64,000 nt of DNA. Origin: Octopus sinensis (Eukaryota). Shown here piece after piece: positions 56,301 to 64,000 of this stretch. Position numbers and translations under genes: made by a program. The number at the start of each line of letters is the position of its first letter. Position 1 is the first letter of the stretch. The stretch lies in assembly GCF_006345805.1 (NCBI RefSeq), contig NC_042997.1, positions 95,046,001 to 95,110,000 on the forward strand, read 5' to 3'. A model generated the notes under the pieces. It ran no database searches. It was given only the letters and a program-made list of their open reading frames with translations, and had not been told where the DNA came from.

Positions 56301-57908
56301 TTGATTTTCATAGAAACTGTAGATCAATATTACAATACATACTTCTCACTGGTAATTTATTAGATGCACATAAGTATCAGTAAATATGGGTAGCATATGA
56401 CTTTACATAAAGTGCCCTATCGAGGGATTTTTCTAACCTATTTTAACAATTTATGTTTCCTTATCGTCTCATGAAAGAAAGTTTTCGGCATTTACTTGAG
56501 TTCTTAACATTAATTCTTAGTGCTGTGTTTTCCCAAAATTGTTTTGAATTGTCTTAAACTAAAGTTAGTGAAAAGTGAGACACAAAAGTGGGAGGTCCTC
56601 ACATCTATAAATATTTCAACTACTGTCTTATTTCATATGCTACACTAAATATATTCTTCGAGTCTATATTTTACATTCCTCCACATACACATTTGTCATC
56701 ACAGTTTATAAAATTTTATTGTAGTATCTTATATATAAAAATGTATTGCTATAGGACACCTCAGCGCTTGATACCAAACTATTGATTAATATACCGAGAG
56801 TCCCTTTTACAAACAGTCTCTCCCTAACGACCATTAAAAACATTTACGTTGAGGAAAGTAAATATGTATATACAGATTACGAGGCATAAATCATAGTATT
56901 TAAAAATATACATTACCATAGCTAGAGAAACTATTCTTACTGTTTCCATTCAACTTCGAGACGACACAAATAATTTTGCAATCAAAACCTGAAATTCTCA
57001 TGACCCAATCTTAAAAAACCGATGAAGGATAGTTGAAATGTAATCAGAATTCTGGTTGTTTGGGTAATGACGTTTCTTCTCTCAGTTTGGAAGACACAAA
57101 AAGCAGGTTTAGGCTATGTATCATCAGCTGATCAAATATGCCTTAGCAAGAAGATCAGTGCATAACGGATAATGTTCTTACCCACACTTTCAGATGTTAA
57201 TAAGAAGTGGACGTGCTGCCGAAGACTTGAACATTCTAGATCAGTTCTATATCAATTGTTGCACAAATACCTGTGCAACATCTCACTCAACAGCAAGATG
57301 CCTAACATGGCTGTAATTGTTTTTTCTCAAAGTGCGCGTATCGAAGCTCTCTTTATCAAAAATTAATCTCAATGGGTACAATTCATTGTTTGACTAGCTT
57401 ACAGTGAAATACCAAATGCACTAATTTATAATCATTACTAGCGACCGGTACTTCCAGAATGTCACGGAATACAATATCTAAGCAGAGGACAATTCAGCTG
57501 CGATAGGGGAAGCTAGAAAAAGCTCCAAATCAGTAATTGCAGAATCGATCGGATATGCAAAATCTCATATATAATCGCAAGAAATGAATAATCCATCCGG
57601 TGTGCCAGTATGGATATCACTCACAGATACGCTTGACCAGTCACTGACGTTAATGCAGCCAAGTAGTACATAGAAAAAAAATGAGACCTTTGGGTACATA
57701 ACAATAGAGTCAAATCAAGCTTTCTCATACGAAGAATAAATATTGTTTTAATTGTTTAAAATTACATTGGCTTTTATACTAGTATGAAGGTACCTATCTA
57801 ACTACCTACATACCTACGTAGCTATTTGCTTACTTGTACTCATACACACACACACACACACACGCATGCACACATGCATTCACTCAAACATATACGACTG
57901 AATGTGTC

Positions 57909-57945
<37 letters not shown>

Positions 57946-57950
57946 ATAAT

Positions 57951-58144
57951 AATTAGAGGCAAAACCACTATTTTGCAAATCAAACAAGGAAAGACTTAAT
58001 CAATACATAAAAAAATTTAATATAAAGTAAATAAATAAATAAATTTATTATTTATTTATTTATTTACTTTATATTAAAATTCTTTTATGTATTGATTAAG
58101 TCTTTCCTTGATTGATTTGCAAAATAGTGGTTTTGTCTCTAATT
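57951..58144. repeat. About 194-bp palindrome built from a PLE-like terminal sequence
   Basis: Arms AATTAGAGGCAAAACCACTATTTTGCAAATCAAACAAGGAAAGACTTAATCAATACATAAAA and its reverse complement. The right arm matches 52047-52120. Confidence 0.92.
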
Positions 58145-58255
58145 AATATTATATAATATTTTACTATAAAATTGGATTCAATCCTAAATCTGATTTTTCC
58201 CAGTAAATTTGGATTTATTCCCTAATATTTATTATTATATATATATATATATATG

Positions 58256-58324
<69 letters not shown>

Positions 58325-58325
<1 letters not shown>

Positions 58326-60280
58326 AGCGAGAAAGAAGCAACAAGAATGGATAGGTTTTTAGTACGATCGTTTCATACAAGGACAGGTTTTATTAAAAGT
58401 TGCAAAGATTACAGCATATAAACGAGTCCCGTACTCATCAGCTAAAATACATGTAAGTTCTCTAGACATCCTAGTGTTTGAGGCTATACTCATGAAGTAA
58501 TGTAGATAATTAAACAGATTTCTAAAGTTCATTAAAGTTCTTTAAAGATGATGTACAGTCTTATCACAGAATTTTAAAAAAGTTTTGATAGCATCACAGA
58601 GAAGGTGACCTAATCCATATGAATTTCCATAGATATGATGAGGGATTATATACTCACAGAAGACAAATTTATCCATTGTTAATTACAACGAGGTGGGTCT
58701 CAATTCCTGCTTATTAGCATTACAGAGAGGGTGAATTAATCCTTTGTATAGATGCACAGATTCCAATGGTGTAGATGTAAATTTCCAGAGAAATGGAGAT
58801 GAATTTCATATTCACAGGCGATAAATTTTTCAATGGTTGAACACAATGAGGTAGGTATCAATCCTTGTTATATGATTAGGTATTTGCCACATTAATCACA
58901 TTACTGCTATTCACAAGAGGCTGTAGCTATTTAACTCTTAAAGGCTGAAGGGCTTTCTAGATCGGCCAAGAATAGAGAAGGGAATAGAAGAAAAGAGAGA
59001 AAAAATAATGGAGGAGGGAGCAAAAAGGGGGGGGAAAGGGGGAATAAAAGAGAAGAGAAAAGGAAACAGAGAATAAGAAGAAGAAAAAGAAAAAAGAGAA
59101 AAGAGAAAGAAATAGGGAAAGAAGGGAAAAAAAGAAAAAGAAAAAAAGAGGGTTCTAGTTATACAGAAGAGTTAGTAGACTGCAAGTCTGGTTTTAATCA
59201 ACAGGCATCTAGGAACTAGAGGAGAATATTATTCTTTGACCAGTAAACCGTTAATTTATTGCTGTTGAAATCAGCTATGAGTTTAAAGAGAATCTAAAGA
59301 GATAACACAGTCAGGGGTTAAGGGGTCAGATGCTAAAATCACCAGAAAATACATTAGGAAAATCTAAGTATAATCTTATCAAAAAGTCATTAAAAATTTA
59401 CTTATTTAATTTATTCATTTTATTGTCTTAAGGAGTTGTCTTTATTATTCATACATTGACTGACTACAGGTCAAATCTTATAAGATCATTTACAAGGTGT
59501 TAGGGGATTGTCTATCATAATGAAGATAATCATATTATCACCGAGGGAAAAGCCTTATTTATTTAATTATGAAATAGAATTATGGGGCTACAGTAACTCA
59601 TTATAATTTATTAGAGTTATGCTACTTAAATTAGATTAAGTTAGGAATTAAAATTAAATATTACAATTAAGATTTAAAATTAAGAATTTAAAAATTGTGA
59701 GTTTGAAATTAAATAAAGCCTCAATTAAGTAGCGAATAAGTACTATTCATTTCCCTGTTCTCAAAAAACTGATGCAGATATAAGGAAAAAGATAAAGATA
59801 ACTGTAATGTGAGAACTCTTAGTTATCTACTTAAAGCAGTGCTATACTAGTAGAAATCAAGTTATATCTATCTATCTAGTTATGAATATTCCAATCATTT
59901 AAAATATTTTAAAGTCTTCAATTTAGCGTGGACACAAACTTGACCTAGTTCGATATGGTTATTCAATAAGTTTCTATGTTTACTATGTTTTAGAATTTCG
60001 TACGTCTCCATGGAGCATAGTTGACAACCAACCCTACTATTTTTATACGGAATTGCTCTCCTAACTATTTCCCAATTAAGGGTATAATTTTTATTATATT
60101 TTTGAGTTCCCAGATTTTGTTTGAAAGTGTGGTGGTACCAGCTTTATGACGTAATTTAAAAGTCGAGATGTGATTTCTAACTCTGGCTAAAAAATTAATT
60201 GTACAGCCAATGTAAAAATATTTGTTATTCTCCGTGGATATGGTACATTTATAGATTACATTATTTTCCCTACATAGACC
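58325..60280 (-). mobile_element. 5'-truncated Penelope-like element: GIY-YIG domain, about 1.45-kb UTR and a hammerhead, between (TA)n tracts
   Basis: 60280-59895 reads GLCRENNVIYKCTI...YFYIGCT..F..RVRNH...TTLSNKIWELK...WEIV...CQLCSME...LLN...CVH. Terminal hammerhead at 58357. Confidence 0.85.
58357..58447 (-). ncRNA. Type I hammerhead ribozyme, intact core
   Basis: Minus strand: TTTTAG-CTGATGA-GTACGGGAC...GTCCTTGTAT-GAAA-CGATCG-TA-CTAAAA. 6-bp stem I, palindromic ACGATCGT. Confidence 0.88.
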
Positions 60281-60329
<49 letters not shown>

Positions 60330-61395
60330 TATATTACATAATATTATATTATAATATATTACATATTTTACTTGTTTCAATCATTTGACTGCAACCACAC
60401 TGGGGCACACACATAGACGCGTGTGCGTACACACACATGCATGTATACATACATATATAATACATACATCCATGCATGCATACATACAAATTGGTATAAG
60501 CCCAAGCGCACGCACTCATATACAATGTCTATAATAGAAGGAAACTGTAGTGTTGGGAATAAACAACAACGGTTATTATGATTAATTTTGTTTATCTAGG
60601 AGTCTAACGATTTGCAGGAAGGAAAATAAAATATTCCATTATCAATAAATCTCGGCTTTAAACCTACTGAGGTTGACAAAATAAGTACAAGTCAATTAAA
60701 TCAACTATAGCTTTGTCTCAAGAGTCTTACTGTTTTACCAAAGCCCCAAGTCAATAATCAAATGTCTTCACATAACACAATCGAATACAAATATATTAGT
60801 TTAATTTACTCCAATTTCTTAGCGTCAATTATATACTTACCATACGGCAATATTTAATTGCTTTCTCAGCATTTACTAGAAATGTTAGCGATTTTCGAAC
60901 GTGATGGATAATGTAAAACTCAGTGTAAATTAAAAGCAACAGCCAGGCGCTGGAAATCATTTATCACTTTCACAAGCAGTGTATTATGTGTGTGTGTTAT
61001 GTATAATTCAGTCTACTTTTCAATTAAGGAAATTATGTTTCCGCATTAACAGATTCACCTTGGTAATTATTAATGTACGAACATTTTTCTACACCACATA
61101 TCCAACAATGTGATATTTCCTAAACTGTAAATAGTCAAACTCTGTACAAAATTTATATGTATATGTAGATATATTTATTTGTGTATGTGTGTATGTTTGC
61201 GTGTTAGTGTGTCTGTATTTATTTGCACATATATGTGTGTTTGCATGTGTGCTCGCATGCATGTGAATTCGCGCCGTATGTTTAGAAACAGTAAGATGTT
61301 CATCATAGAATTTTAATATTATGTTACATTCAAATTTATATACATATATGTATATATATATATATATATACATAAACACACACACATACACACAC

Positions 61396-61427
<32 letters not shown>

Positions 61428-61822
61428 CAAGTTAAAAATAGTGGTTTGTTAACATTTAGACTACAAAGGCAAAATTAATAGAGGTCACAAAAGTGACAGA
61501 GGGTACTGACTAGCATCTCTTTTGCTAAAGATAAGAGCTAAACTAACTCAAAGCCACATACTCACTTAGCGCCTACGGTTAAACTTAACTACCTCTGTTA
61601 GTCTTATGAGAAAAACCGTTGAAAACGTGTTTTGATTTCCGAAATGGTAAAAGTGTAAAGAACAAATTAGAAAAGGTGGCTTATTAGCAATTCGAACCTA
61701 AAGGCAAAATTAATAGCGGTCAAAAAAGTGACAGAGGGTAATGACTAGCTCCGCTTTTGCTAAGGATGAGAGTTAAAATAACTCAAAGCCACAAAACCAT
61801 TGTGACCGACAAAAGGGGTTAA

Positions 61823-61880
61823 GAGCCACTGATGAGGATTAAGATGGTCTACATCATAATCCGAAATAGCGATCTTGTTA
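61823..61880 (+). ncRNA. Hammerhead motif in tandem unit 1 (stem I imperfect)
   Basis: GAGCCA-CTGATGA-GGATTA(AGATGGTCTACATCA)TAATCC-GAAA-TAGCGA-TC-TTGTTA. Confidence 0.65.
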
Positions 61881-62097
61881 TGTACTCTGGGGACTTACCT
61901 CACTTTACCAGTTACTTAAGACTGTAAAGTTTGGGACTTTGAGGAGTTAGTTTAACTTTTATCGTTAGCAACAGCGATGCTAGTCAGTACCGTCTGTAAC
62001 TTTTGTAACATCTATTAACATGTATATACACACATATACACATATATATTAGTAGAGGTCGCGAATGTGATTAACACTGCTGTTGGTACAGATAATT

Positions 62098-62166
<69 letters not shown>

Positions 62167-62561
62167 CAAGTTAAAAATAGTGGTTTGTTAACATTTAGAC
62201 TACAAAGGCAAAATTAATAGAGGTCACAAAAGTGACAGAGGGTACTGACTAGCATCTCTTTTGCTAAAGATAAGAGCTAAACTAACTCAAAGCCACATAC
62301 TCACTTAGCGCCTACGGTTAAACTTAACTACCTCTGTTAGTCTTATGAGAAAAACCGTTGAAAACGTGTTTTGATTTCCGAAATGGTAAAAGTGTAAAGA
62401 ACAAATTAGAAAAGGTGGCTTATTAGCAATTCGAACCTAAAGGCAAAATTAATAGCGGTCAAAAAAGTGACAGAGGGTAATGACTAGCTCCGCTTTTGCT
62501 AAGGATGAGAGTTAAAATAACTCAAAGCCACAAAACCATTGTGACCGACAAAAGGGGTTAA

Positions 62562-62619
62562 GAGCCACTGATGAGGATTAAGATGGTCTACATCATAATC
62601 CGAAATAGCGATCTTGTTA
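62562..62619 (+). ncRNA. Hammerhead motif in tandem unit 2
   Basis: Identical to 61823-61880. Confidence 0.65.
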
Positions 62620-62836
62620 TGTACTCTGGGGACTTACCTCACTTTACCAGTTACTTAAGACTGTAAAGTTTGGGACTTTGAGGAGTTAGTTTAACTTTTA
62701 TCGTTAGCAACAGCGATGCTAGTCAGTACCGTCTGTAACTTTTGTAACATCTATTAACATGTATATACACACATATACACATATATATTAGTAGAGGTCG
62801 CGAATGTGATTAACACTGCTGTTGGTACAGATAATT

Positions 62837-62902
<66 letters not shown>

Positions 62903-63234
62903 GGTCCCGGGTTGATTCGGGGTTAACCACAGTAAATAAGGTACTCAATACAAAGCAGAGTAAAATTAATTTATTATATAGAAGGAGCTTCATATATATA
63001 ATATGAGGGTTTAGTTGACTGGTGATCTAAACGAACAGGTGCGCTGAGTAAGTGCTATAATTTGTCATCCGTTATGTTCCACGTTCACAGCTAAGGCTGG
63101 AGCTAGGGATACGTATTAGGCTTCCATATTAGTGGGTATATAGTATATTAGAGGGAGAAGAACAACAAAGACAAAAGCAGAACCAAACTCTCAACGCATT
63201 TGGAATAATCTAATTGGGGTAAGTTGAATTTCAA

Positions 63235-63311
63235 GTCTTACAGCTGTTTTTGGAGTTATCCCAAGTGGTAGGCTAGATTGTCCATACACTCGATTTTTCA
63301 TCATTAGAGAC
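63235..63311 (-). ncRNA. Decayed hammerhead (homologue of 63590)
   Basis: Minus strand: GTCT-CTAATGA...CCA-AAAA-CAGCTG-TA-AGAC. Two core G-to-A changes. Confidence 0.6.
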
Positions 63312-63589
63312 AAGGTATGTATGTATGTGTGTATGTATGTATGTATGTATGTATGTATGTATGTATGTATGTATGTATGTATGTATGTATGTATGAAAGT
63401 ATTAGACAGGGAAATTCACAGTTTATACAGGCTAATATAGAAGAATAAAGAGTAAAATTAGATAGAAGAATAAAGTTTACTTTATTATTCTGTCTGTAGA
63501 CCTCTACTTAAATTTTACTCTTTACTATTCTATTTTATTCCCTATAAACTGAGAATTCCCTGTCCAGAACGTTCACACATATCCATCTT

Positions 63590-63665
63590 GTCTCTGATGA
63601 TGGAATACCCAGTGTACGGACATGTTAGTCTATCAGTTGGTATATCCCAGAAACAGCTGTAAGAC
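63590..63665 (+). ncRNA. Type I hammerhead ribozyme, intact core
   Basis: GTCT-CTGATGA-TGGAATACC...GGTATATCCCA-GAAA-CAGCTG-TA-AGAC. Palindromic ACAGCTGT. Confidence 0.87.
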
Positions 63666-63789
63666 TTCAAATTCACTTTAACCCATTTAAATAATTCTAA
63701 ACAACTTGAGATATGCGTCCTGCCTTGGTTTTTGATGTCCTTTTCCATCAAATATAATATATATTATATGTAGTTTAGTCTATGTCTGA

Positions 63790-63857
63790 TTTAGTGTGAC
63801 CAATAGTTTCGTATTCACAAAAGGTTTAGCCTTATGGACGTCTCGTCAGCCTCTAAA
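63790..63857 (-). ncRNA. Hammerhead motif, core intact but stems imperfect
   Basis: Minus strand: TTTAGAGG-CTGACGA-G...AAGG(CTAAA)CCTT...C-GAAA-CTATTGG-TC-ACACTAAA. Confidence 0.55.
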
Positions 63858-64000
63858 ACCGAAGGCAAATGTAACTCTTCACCTCTGGGAGGTAGAAATT
63901 GGGCAAGTCACCAAAGAATAAATACTCGGGGATCAGTGAGGACGAGTTATCTACCTTAGATGGGGAACAGGAAAATTTCCCCCTTGGGCTGCTTTAAGCT

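Larger units (their letters stand above)
61410..62887. repeat. Two apparently identical 739-bp tandem units separated by (TA)n
   Basis: CATATAACAAGTTAAAAATAGTGG starts at 61421 and 62160. No mismatch seen by eye. Confidence 0.95.

Overview
AT-rich, microsatellite-dense eukaryotic DNA with no supportable host protein-coding gene. Nearly all listed ORFs are translations of simple repeats or of transposon relics. The SINE families and repeat landscape resemble an Octopus (coleoid cephalopod) genome; this is recognition from memory, not a database result. The window is a transposon graveyard: six R4/Dong-type restriction-like-endonuclease (RLE) LINE relics, most abutting (TAA)n; RTE LINE pieces and a short RTE-related element in (TATG)n; Penelope-like element (PLE) RT and GIY-YIG fragments; one full-length but dead mariner plus two other Tc1/mariner relics; Helitron/Helentron non-autonomous elements; and three tRNA-derived SINE families. 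The most striking hidden signal is about ten type-I hammerhead ribozyme motifs with self-complementary stem III. Three have an intact core (51993, 58357, 63590), and two sit in a 739-bp tandem repeat. Other notable features are long spacer-less palindromes built from PLE termini and a 75-bp locally templated inverted insertion inside an RTE 3' end.
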